Positions 1 to 9,594 of a stretch of DNA of 24,506 bases are shown here, piece by piece. The notes below the pieces were generated by a model. That model did not search any database. It had not been told where the DNA came from and saw only the letters and a program-made list of their open reading frames with translations. Positions within the stretch are counted from its first letter, which is position 1. Every line of letters starts with the position of its first letter. The stretch comes from Atractiella rhizophila. Lineage: Eukaryota. The stretch spans positions 124,001 through 148,506 of the forward strand of contig MU271187.1 of assembly GCA_021432655.1 (NCBI GenBank). The letters run 5' to 3'. Both the position numbers and the translations under genes were made by a program.

Positions 1-1786
1 TGTCCGTCAGAACAGAGAGTAGTTGATAGCTGAAAGGAAGACGGAGATATTCGACGTGTTGAAAGTATAGGAACCCTTCAACGAATGGAAAGACGTCGCT
101 CAGGACAATTACTGGCGAAATTTGGTCCACAGACTGGGTATGCTCTGGTAGAAGAGAGCTGGCACTGAAAGCGCTAAACTCCGGCGACACCACCAGAGCT
201 TTGAGAGATGTGAATTGATGCACAAATTTAAGCGTTGCTGCAACATCATTTTCAATCATTAGCCAGCTGGGAATTGACAGATATGTTAAAGTATTCACAG
301 AGCTTTCGGTAAGTAGTATCATAGGAAAGAGGCTCTGCCAACGAGATTCAGATTGGGGAGGTGTAAGGAGCCGGGACAAGTCGAGTGTTTCTAACTTGAA
401 CGGCCGGGAAGTATTCGCTGTGGCCTCGAGCACCTGCACGTTACCACACAGCACGAGGTTGGAAAGGTTGGTGCTTTCAAATAAGAATGGAAACGCTTCA
501 TCGAGGGAGACAGAGTGGCCATTCGACAGAAAGATTAACTCCAGATATTGAGCTTTGGGCAGTGGCGGGAGAGACCACGATTTCGTCGTGCTCATCAAGT
601 CGGGAGCATCCATTGCGGAGCAAATTGTGATGCCAAAACTGACGAGAGTGTCGGCAAACAAGCGAATGAAAGGGCCGAAATCCGCAGTGTCAAGAATTTC
701 GTGGGAGAAAGTCACAAAAAGGTTCTTCAGAGATTCGACACTGCCGCAGAAGGATTCAATCCAATGAGCGAATGAATCCCCAACGTATAACGGCCTAACT
801 TCGAGCTCTCGGAGGGCAGGGAGTGCAATTGGGGGGAGCACGACGTAAGGTATCTTCAGCAGCAGGCGTCCCAAGACAGTGCAGCCACCCAAAGAGTGCA
901 ACAGCAACTGTGATGTCTCCTTTGCTTCTTTCAGCTCCTCCTTGTCTTGATAGGGCGAATGCAGATGCCTTGAATCGTCAAGCTTCAGAAATATCAGGGA
1001 ACGAGGGAAGGCAAAATCTGGAGGGGGAGCTGCAGGGTAGACATCAGCACCCCACACCAACGTTAGGTGAAGCAAGCTGTCCAGCTTCTGCAGGATCGCA
1101 TATATATGTGGAAATAGTTCGAATGGAATGTACTCAAACTGACAAGTACGAACGAACTTGCCCTGGGAGGGGAATTCAGTTAAAGTCCTGTTGAATGGAA
1201 TATATCTCCACGCTATCTCTTCCCGAATGACAACAATGCTAAATCTCCTGATAGCCACCTCGTTCCAGCGTCGACAAACAAGGTGTACTGGCGTACAATG
1301 GAACAGAGAACTTGCTGCGACATACAAGAAAATCAAACTGAGCAGCTCATCAGGCAATGGTATGTCATTGGAGAGTCGATTGAGGCCTAACTCATCTCCT
1401 TCGTTCGGCAGAGGTTCTGTTGTCTCCTTGTTAATCGGAAAACCAACGTTGCGTAGGTTCTCGTGATGCGGACTGAGCATTCTTTGAATCATTTCAGGAG
1501 TCAAGATCTCCTCCAACGGCTGGTTCCCAATCGAAATTCCGCGAAGAAGATAATAGATCCAAGCAGGAAGGCCATTAATGATGGCAAGAGTAAGCATGTG
1601 ATCGGAAATGTCGACTTTGAAGGACACAAGGTGATCTCGAAGTTGAGACGCACGCTCAAAATACTGATCCAAAGTCTCCATTTTTCTCAGGCGCAAATGA
1701 AAAAAGCCAGTCATAGCCAATGCTAAATCAGCGAGATTCGGTTGCTGTATGGAGTGGACGCCGACGCCAGGATCAAGAGGATCCAT
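1..1786 (-). CDS. F-box protein with LRR-like C-terminal region and N-terminal Copia-gag (Retrotran_gag_2/UBN2)-like segment; 3' end outside window
   Basis: Manual translation gives a stop-free frame from ATG 1786 to the window edge (595 codons). It is missing from the ORF track because no stop lies in the window. F-box-like PLPDELLSLIFLYV...LVCRRWNEVA at ~1360-1250. Downstream LxxLxL-type repeats (LDSLLHLTL, LPALRELEV, FKLETLDL, FTSLKALVV). An upstream intron/exon (gtgagt at ~1833) is possible. Confidence 0.8.
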   Translation of the reverse strand, partial: MDPLDPGVGVHSIQQPNLADLALAMTGFFHLRLRKMETLDQYFERASQLRDHLVSFKVDISDHMLTLAIINGLPAWIYYLLRGISIGNQPLEEILTPEMIQRMLSPHHENLRNVGFPINKETTEPLPNEGDELGLNRLSNDIPLPDELLSLIFLYVAASSLFHCTPVHLVCRRWNEVAIRRFSIVVIREEIAWRYIPFNRTLTEFPSQGKFVRTCQFEYIPFELFPHIYAILQKLDSLLHLTLVWGADVYPAAPPPDFAFPRSLIFLKLDDSRHLHSPYQDKEELKEAKETSQLLLHSLGGCTVLGRLLLKIPYVVLPPIALPALRELEVRPLYVGDSFAHWIESFCGSVESLKNLFVTFSHEILDTADFGPFIRLFADTLVSFGITICSAMDAPDLMSTTKSWSLPPLPKAQYLELIFLSNGHSVSLDEAFPFLFESTNLSNLVLCGNVQVLEATANTSRPFKLETLDLSRLLTPPQSESRWQSLFPMILLTESSVNTLTYLSIPSWLMIENDVAATLKFVHQFTSLKALVVSPEFSAFSASSLLPEHTQSVDQISPVIVLSDVFPFVEGFLYFQHVEYLRLPFSYQLLSVLTD

Positions 1787-2715
1787 CAAAAAACTGGACT
1801 CGAATCAGTCACTTGACATTAATACAAACTCACGACTTAAGCTTATACCTACGTTTAAATAATCACTTAATTTAGGTGATATATTACGAGAAATGAAATC
1901 AGAGGAGGCGGTTTTATCCTCGTTCGTTGTTTTCCCGGAAACATGAGCACGGTGCAAGCTTCGGAAAATTAATGTGCGGAACCTAAAGGCTAAGGAGCGC
2001 CACACTGAACCGGATCGGACCAGATGGATAACGACAAAAGAAGTTTTTCCACCCTTTTGATCTTTCTTTTGCAAAGTGCAGCTGACTTTGGCAGGAGTTA
2101 TTGCGTAGCGGTATGAAAATCGCTTTGCGATAACCAGGCCAAAATTTGACTTATTCAGTTTACATTTACGCTAACTGGGAAGATCTGTATCATGCAACAT
2201 GTCTCTTTCAGTAGCTATTGAATGGAAAAAGGAAGAAAGCGGAAGATTGTATATCTATCCCTGCATATCGAGTCTGTCTATCTGACTTTATTCACCTCTC
2301 TTATCGCTCGCGATGAGGGGAACGCCCACCTTTGCCTATCTACACTTTTTATAGCATTGTCATGTGTAAGAAAATACTCATTACGCATACAGAATATCAC
2401 TGCTGTCAATCTTTCTCCGTAAATTATTTATTATAACGCAACAAAGTCGTAGGCTTTCTTTGTTGTGCAACAAAGTTATAAGCCTGCTTTGTTCGCTTGG
2501 CAACAAAGGTACAGACTTGATTTGTGCAAGTCGGAATTGCTTGAACCCTTGTCACCCACTCCTTGTCCTCTAACTCGCTCTCTTGTCCTCTTCCATCTTT
2601 GTTCAACTGTTGTCAGGTAATGGTAAACACGACAATGAATATCTCGTAAAATATATATCTGATGCCCTCCTCCCTTCGTTCATAAGTTTCAAAGACCAAA
2701 CGGATTTATCACAAC

Positions 2716-4324
2716 ATGGAAGTCCTCCCTCGTTATCACGGCATGACCTGGGGCTGGCGCTCAAGTTTCTACCTTCGTCTCGGCGGCGCCACTCCAAACG
2801 GATACCCAGGCTTTGAAGACGATGATGATGGTGACACAGATGATTCTTCGAACGATGGAAGCGATGGTGACGGTGACGGCGGCGGAAATGACGGCGGTAA
2901 CGGTGGTGGTGGCGGAGATGGTGGGTATGACGATGACGGGAGTGCTGGCAGTTATCGCACAGCTCCTCAATCATGGACGGGAGACGACATTAGTGAAGGA
3001 AGGAGCAGCGCTTCCGAGACGCCTTCATGGCAAACTCCCCCTCAAACTCCTCCTCAAACTCCCCCTCGAACTTCTCCTCAAACTCCCCCTCGAACTCCTC
3101 CTCAAACTCCCCTCGAACTCCTCCTCAAACTCCCCCTCGAACTCCTCCTCAAACTCCCCCTCAAACTCCCCTCAAACTCCTCCTCAAACTCCTCCTCAAA
3201 GCCCCCCTCCAGCTCAGAATCCAGGTCGTAACCCAGCTCCTTCTCCCACCTCAAATCAAAATCAAGCAGCACCGTCGCCTCGAGATCCTGCCCCTGCAGG
3301 TCGTATCAGAACTCCTCGTCCAGCTGCAAATCACAGTCAAGCAAGGCCAAGTCGAGCAGACCCACCACTCCAGGATGCAACATCTTCAAACCATGGCACA
3401 ACACATCCTCGAGGCTCGAATCAGATTCCGGCAACTTCAACTTCTGGTAGAGCCCCTATTCTTCGTCCAGCTACAAGTCAGAATCGAGCAGAACCAGAGC
3501 CACGGGATCCGGCCCCAGCAGCTCAGAATATAGCTCCTCGTCCGGCTGCGAATCAAAATCAGAGAAGACCAACCCCACAGGATCCAATACCGCCGGTGGT
3601 ACCTCGTCCAGCTTCGAATCAGAATCAGTCAGGAACACAGCCGCGAAATCGCGCACAAGCCCGCCGCCCAACATCGAATCAAGCTGCGAATCAAACAGAA
3701 CCACATCATGCCCAAAGCAGCGCACCCCGCGCAGCAAGCCTGCGTCCCACTGTGCACTTCGCACCTCTCCCTCTCACGGATCTTGTTCTTCACACTGACG
3801 ATGCTCGAGATCCACATCGTGCCAACCGCATGCTACTCCGTTCGCTTCTGAATGAAGCACTCCTGCGGAACCCAATGAATATCCAACTGAGTTTCGTGAG
3901 AGGCAACGAGAATCAAGGACGTGTACGTCGTACAATGACGATTACGTGGGCGGTACAAATTCGATGGATCATGCAAGGTCTCTACTTGGAAGCTTTCGCG
4001 AACATCCCTGTTATGCGACCTGGCCATAACCGAGAAGATATACTCCAGTCCATCATCGATGCGGACAATCTAGAGGAGGCGGACAGAATTTGGCACGCGC
4101 ACCATCCGGCATATGGATTATATAACACACCTGCAGCGTTGCAGAGCTGGGACGACAGGATGCGGGCCTTACTTACTCTAAGGTTGGATGACGATGTGCA
4201 GTTGCAGGCTGCCCTTCTTGCGACAGGAGACAGAAACATCGTCGTCCTCCCGCATTCATGGGAGAACAGCAATACGGGGGCAATTCTGATGGATCTTAGA
4301 AGGCACTTAAGCATGAGAAGCTAA
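2716..4324 (+). CDS. Low-complexity protein with C-terminal NADAR (YbiA)-like domain; two apparent 1-bp frameshifts in the minisatellite
   Basis: ATG 2716 (MEVLPRY... then D/G-rich). The QTPP repeat passes through all three frames because of two 11-nt units. Restoring 2 bases gives one 536-aa ORF ending at 4324. The C-terminus WDDRMRALL...LQAALLATGDRNIV...W...NTGAILMDLRRHL resembles the NADAR pattern LLATGDRxLVE...WG...NxLGxxLMxLR. Confidence 0.65.
3031..3208 (+). repeat. Coding minisatellite, 15 units of 12 bp (C[A/G]AACTCC[C/T]CCT = Q/R-T-P-P)
   Basis: Units parsed directly. Units 3103-3113 and 3162-3172 are 11 nt (C4 instead of C5). Confidence 0.95.
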
Positions 4325-4963
4325 CTGAACCCTTGTGAGTCCATCCAGCGTTGTCCTGCCTCTGGAATAACCATGTTCATTCAGCCGAGATCTCGTCTTT
4401 CCGACAATACCACAATGAATTTTCAAACGACATGGATGTCTTGATGCTTGACGACTATCTTGCAAAACGAGCAAATCGACTGGATCGATATGGTACCTTA
4501 TTTCTGTATTATCTGTATTTTTATGTTTGAAATTAAATGTGTTGTTGTTCTTATCATAACGATTCCATGGATATTTTCCTCTCATTCCTCGGAAGGAAGC
4601 AAACCCGACCCTATGATGAAGCGTGCACGGCAAAGTCACCTTGACCTCAGAACCATCTCCTTGCATCTTCCCAATGTGAACAGGAGTATGAGCTAAAACC
4701 CTGATCGTAACCCTAAACTTGAAGGCGTGACACTAACTGAGCAGTCAATTGTCATTCCCTATAGCAGAACCTCAGCAGAACCAAAGATCCACATTCACTC
4801 GCCAAACTCCTCGATAACGGTGGCCATCTGGAGATTCCGTTGATCTTTGTGGCCGTCAAAACTACAGGACCATAAGATTCCAGTGGCCAACTCACTCCTC
4901 CACCTCATCTAGACGATTTTCGACTTCTCTTCAGGCTCTCATTGAACAACGCCGGTGGAAAGA

Positions 4964-6125
4964 ATGGAAGCGACAAACGAGGAAACGCACGTCCACTCGG
5001 TCTACTCGCACATCGCTTCACATTTCTCTCAAACACGATACAAAGTTCACCTTCCCTATCCCTTTCTCGTTCCTTTCTGGCTTGCTAGCCTGTACTGACC
5101 CTTACCTTGTGATTGAAAGCCATGGCCAAATGTCGACAAGTTCCTCACGTCCCTCCCATCAAACTCCATCGTCCTGGACGCTGGATGCGGGAATGGCAAA
5201 TACCTTGGAACGCGATCAGTACTCTCCAGAACTCTCACCCCATCATCCTCGAAAGGCAAGATCGATGGAGACGTTTCTAGCTTAGGTTTCATATTCAGCA
5301 TCGGCGTGGATCGCTCCGAGGAACTGCTGGGCATCGCGAGGGGAAGGGGACATGAAGTCTTCAGAACTGATGTTGGCGGAGGGATGGAGAACTGTGTTAG
5401 AGAGGGAGTTTTCGTACGTTGCTTTCTCCGCTCCGTTGCCTTTAGGCAGGAGGGATGGATGGACTGACTCAAGGAGAAGGCAGGACGCGGCTATCAGTAT
5501 AGCAACAATTCACCACTTCACGTCCCACCATCGTAGGTGTGAGGCTGTTAAGGTTCGCTCACCATCTTCCTCTCACCCAGTGAACATGACCCAGCTCAGA
5601 AATATGTGCTATGGACAGGCGCTTATGCTAGCTATAAAGCCTTCGAGCGGCTCAAGGAAGGGAGGGAGAGCTCTCATACACGTCTGGGCGCTGGAGCAGG
5701 ATGAAGCGTTCTTTAAGAAACGCGGGATGGAGCCGGCTTCTCTCTCCATCTCCTCTTCCCATTCCGCAACAGATTCTGATACGGGACCATCATGTAGCCA
5801 TCACGGCACCTCCCTTTCAATAGGTCTCCACGAAGGCGAAGAAGGGATTAAGGATCGGACGCAAGACTGGCTCGTCCCCTGGACCACGAAAGAGGGAGGA
5901 GAGGAGCGCATGTACAAGCGATTTTATCACCTCTTTAAGCAAGGAGAGCTCGAGGGAATGGTCGAAAACGCTGCCAAGGAGCTTGGGTGGGCTTTTACTG
6001 GAAAGGATTCAGAGGATGATGATGGAGGTGCCGGAGGGGAAGGATTCCGGGTGAGGATTGTGGATGGTGGGTGGGAGAAGGATAATTGGTTCGTTGAGCT
6101 CTTGATCTTCAGATATTCTTCTTAG
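4964..6125 (+). CDS. TRM9: tRNA wobble-uridine (mcm5U34) methyltransferase Trm9, copy 1, 316 aa
   Basis: Exons 4964-5044, 5120-5413, 5484-5552, 5619-6125 with GT-AG introns. Motifs: HVHSVYSHIASHFSQTRYKPWP, SAM motif LDAGCGNGKYL, DAAISIATIHH, VWALEQ, QDWLVPW, YKRFYHLF, DNW. Confidence 0.92.
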
Positions 6126-6264
6126 TCTTCTTGCTACTGGTGAGGAGTGGACGAATGTGGATTACAATATAACTAGTGTACAATACTTTTCCCAACCACG
6201 CTCTCTCCTTAGCATCATGTAATGACAAAGAGACCGAGGCGGCCACAAGAGAAGCTGAAGATGC

Positions 6265-6426
6265 TCAGACGGCTCGTTCCCCCTCCTGCTCCAACTGTGC
6301 CCTCCGTCTCTCTCTCAGCTTCAACCTCTCCTGTTTCGCCTCCTCTAACGCCACCTTCAGCTCCTCCGTATTTTGGGGGAGCGGTTTCATCTGTCCATGT
6401 CCAGAGCATGCATGTCAGCACACAAA
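6265..6426 (-). pseudogene. Orphan last exon (plus part of intron) of PET100 left by the duplication
   Basis: Matches 8576-8737. The upstream exons are absent because the duplication junction lies in intron 2. Confidence 0.8.
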
Positions 6427-6649
6427 CCATCCGGCATATGGATTATATATCACACCTGCAGCGTTGCAGAGCTGGGACGACAGGATGCGAGCCTTACTTA
6501 CTCTAAGGTTGAATGACGATGTGCAGTTGCAGGCTGCCCTTCTTGCGACAGGAGACAGAAACATCGTCGTCCTCCCGCATTCATGGGAGAACAGCAATAC
6601 GGGGGCAATTCTGATGGATCTTAGAAGGCACTTAAGCATGAGAAGCTAA
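6426..6649 (+). pseudogene. 5'-truncated copy of the NADAR-like C-terminus
   Basis: Matches 4101-4324 with N>I, D>N and one synonymous change. Confidence 0.75.
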
Positions 6650-7274
6650 CTGAACCCTTGTGAGTCCATCCAGCGTTGTCCTGCCTCTGGAATAACCATG
6701 TTCATTCAGCCGAGATCTCGTCTTTCCGACAATACCACAATGAATTTTCAAACGACATGGGATGTCTTGATGCTTGACGACTATCTTGCAAAACGAGCAA
6801 ATCGACTAGATCGATATGATACCTTATTTCTGTATTATTTGTATTTTTATGTTTGAAATTAAATGTGTTGTTGTTCTTATCATAACGATTCCCTGGATAT
6901 TTTCCTCTCATTCCTCGGAAGGAAGCAACCCGACCCTATGATGAAGCGTGCACGGCAAAGTCACCTTGACCTCAGAACCATCCGCTTGCATCTTCCCAAT
7001 GTGAACAGGAGAGTGAGCTAAAACCCTGATATCTCGTAACCCTAAACTTGAAGGCGTGGCACTAACTGAGCAGTCAATTGTTATCCCCTATAGCAGAACC
7101 AAAGACCCACATTCATTCGCCAAACTCCTCGATAACGGTGGCCATCTGGAGATTCCGTTGATCTTTGTGGCCGTCAAAACTACAGGCCCATAAGATTCTA
7201 GTGGCCAACTCACCTCATCTAGACGATTTTTCGACTTCTCTTCAGGCTCTCATTGAACAACGCCGGCGGAAAGA

Positions 7275-8436
7275 ATGGAAGCGACAAACGAGGAAACGCA
7301 CGTCCACTCGGTCTACTCGCACATCGCTTCACATTTCTCTCAAACACGATACAAAGTTCGCCTTCCCTATCTCTTTGTCGTTCCTTTCTGGCTTGCTAGC
7401 CTGTACTGACCCTTACCTTGTGATTGAAAGCCGTGGCCAAATGTCGACAAATTCCTCACGTCCCTCCCATCAAACTCCATCGTCCTGGACGCTGGATGTG
7501 GGAATGGCAAATACCTTGGAACGCGATCAGTACTCTCCAGAACTCTCACCCCGTCATCCTCGAAAGGCAAGATCGATGGAGACGTTTCTAGCTTAGGTTT
7601 CATATTCAGCATCGGCGTGGATCGCTCCGAGGAACTGCTGGGCATCGCGAGGGGAAGGGGACATGAAGTCTTCAGAACTGATGTTGGCGGAGGGATGGAG
7701 AACTGTGTTAGAGAGGGAGTTTTCGTACGTTGCTTTCTCCGCTCCGTTGCCTTTAGGCAGGAGGGATGGATGGACTGACTCAAGGAGAAGGCAGGACGCG
7801 GCTATCAGTATAGCAACAATTCACCACTTCACGTCCCACCATCGTAGGTGTGAGGCTGTTAAGGTTCGCTCACCATCTTCCTCTCACCCAGTGAACATGA
7901 CCCAGCTCAGAAATATGTGCTATGGACAGGCGCTTATGCTAGCTATAAAGCCTTCGAGCGGCTCAAGGAAGGGAGGGAGAGCTCTCATACACGTCTGGGC
8001 GCTGGAGCAGGATGAAGCGTTCTTTAAGAAACGCGGGATGGAGCCGGCTTCTCTCTCCATCTCCTCTTCCCATTCCGCAACAGATTCTGATACGGGACCA
8101 TCATGTAGCCATCACGGCACCTCCCTTTCAATAGGTCTCCACGAAGGCGAAGAAGGGATTAAGGATCGGACGCAAGACTGGCTCGTCCCCTGGACCACGA
8201 AAGAGGGAGGAGAGGAGCGCATGTACAAGCGATTTTATCACCTCTTTAAGCAAGGAGAGCTCGAGGGAATGGTCGAAAACGCTGCCAAGGAGCTTGGGTG
8301 GGCTTTTACTGGAAAGGATTCAGAGGATGATGATGGAGGTGCCGGAGGGGAAGGATTCCGGGTGAGGATTGTGGATGGTGGGTGGGAGAAGGATAATTGG
8401 TTCGTTGAGCTCTTGATCTTCAGATATTCTTCTTAG
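7275..8436 (+). CDS. TRM9: Trm9 tRNA methyltransferase, copy 2
   Basis: Same exon structure shifted by +2311. The four coding differences seen (CCA/CCG, AAG/AAA, TGC/TGT, CCA/CCG) are all synonymous. Confidence 0.92.
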
Positions 8437-8575
8437 TCTTCTTGCTACTGGTGAGGAGTGGACGAATGTGGATTACAATATAACTAGTGTACAATACTTT
8501 TCCCAACCACGCTCTCTCCTTAGCATCATGTAATGACAAAGAGACCGAGGCGGCCACAAGAGAAGCTGAAGATGC

Positions 8576-8983
8576 TCAGACGGCTCGTTCCCCCTCCTGC
8601 TCCAACTGTGCCCTCCGTCTCTCTCTCAGCTTCAACCTCTCCTGTTTCGCCTCCTCTAACGCCACCTTCAGCTCCTCCGTATTTTGGGGGAGCGGTTTCA
8701 TCTGTCCATGTCCAGAGCATGCATGTCAGCACACAAAATCCTGACTGCACCGCAAAACACTTGCCCTCTCCTTTAGGTCCGGCCTCGTGAACCGTGACAC
8801 CAGATGCTTCACATGGTTGTCGTACCAATCGGGATCACCGTAATGGGCGAAGATGAAGATGGGGAAGAAAAGATAAAGGGAGAACTTGAAGACTTCAAGC
8901 CTGGGACCTGTGATGTCAAATTTTTAAACACAAAGGAAGTCATTAGGGAGAGCAGAAGTACCGTTGCGACTGAGACGCGTCAT
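8576..8983 (-). CDS. PET100: Mitochondrial cytochrome c oxidase assembly factor Pet100-like, 96 aa
   Basis: Exons 8983-8962, 8907-8765, 8701-8576 give MTRLSRNGPRLEVFKFSLYLFFPIFIFAHYGDPDWYDNHVKHL...LPQNTEELKVALEEAKQERLKLRERRR. This has the GPxLEVFKF motif, a TM helix and a charged helix. Intron 2 is GC-AG. Confidence 0.82.
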
Positions 8984-9594
8984 CTCACTGTAAGAGTGCG
9001 TCACTGCAGTATTGGCAGTAAGCTAGTAAAGTGGGGCAATGTTAGGATTGTGTGGTTGGAACGCGCGAATCGAATCGAAGGTCGAAACCTTCTTTAAACG
9101 AATGGACTGACCACATTGAATGGACCTTCATCGACCTTCAGTCCTTCAATTTACAAAAGTATTTTTAGTGGACGTTGACATTCTGAGGCAGGTCATTCGT
9201 GAGCCTATGCTTTTGCTGTCGCTTTTATCATGTCGCTGAGCCAATGACTTTCCATTGCGAAACCTGCAACTTGGATCACGCGGCTGAGACATTTTCAAAT
9301 GAAAAAGACCTGCGGAACGCGTCTTTTGACGACACATCAAAACTAATACACTTTGACATTATTTCATAGCGTGGTTTCATTTAGCTTTCGGGGATAGTCC
9401 ATTTTGTTTTGCAAAGAGGTTAACGATGCAAGCAGCAGCAAAGTTGCATCATATATTTGGAACCATAGCAGGAAAGTCCGTGAGAGACATTATGTTGAAA
9501 AGTTCGGCATTTGGAAAACCTTGACGATGGTCTCTCGCCAAGGAATCCAACTAACACATCTCTCGATCTCTTACAGTTGTAGGGACCCTTCAAA

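Larger units (their letters stand above)
4101..6426 (+). repeat. Tandem duplication unit 1 (~2.3 kb: NADAR 3' end, TRM9, PET100 last exon)
   Basis: 4101 aligns to 6426 (ACCATCCGGCATATGG) and 6426 aligns to 8737. The offset is 2325 at the start and 2311 later because of indels in the intergenic part. Confidence 0.95.
6426..8737 (+). repeat. Tandem duplication unit 2
   Basis: Direct repeat of 4101-6426. Differences cluster in the first ~1.1 kb; the remainder looks identical by eye. Confidence 0.95.

Noticed and set aside
548..1726. Short plus-strand ORFs
   Set aside because: They are antisense shadows of the long minus-strand F-box ORF.
2813..3170. Leucine-rich N-terminus (LLLKLPLELL) of the 503-aa ORF
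   Set aside because: It is an alternative-frame reading of the QTPP minisatellite, and the start is TTG.
3031..3208. CRISPR-like or telomeric array
   Set aside because: There are no spacers, it lies inside a coding region, and the context is eukaryotic.
4695..4719. Telobox-like AAACCCT/TAACCCTAA upstream of TRM9
   Set aside because: There are only two short imperfect words, which could be chance.
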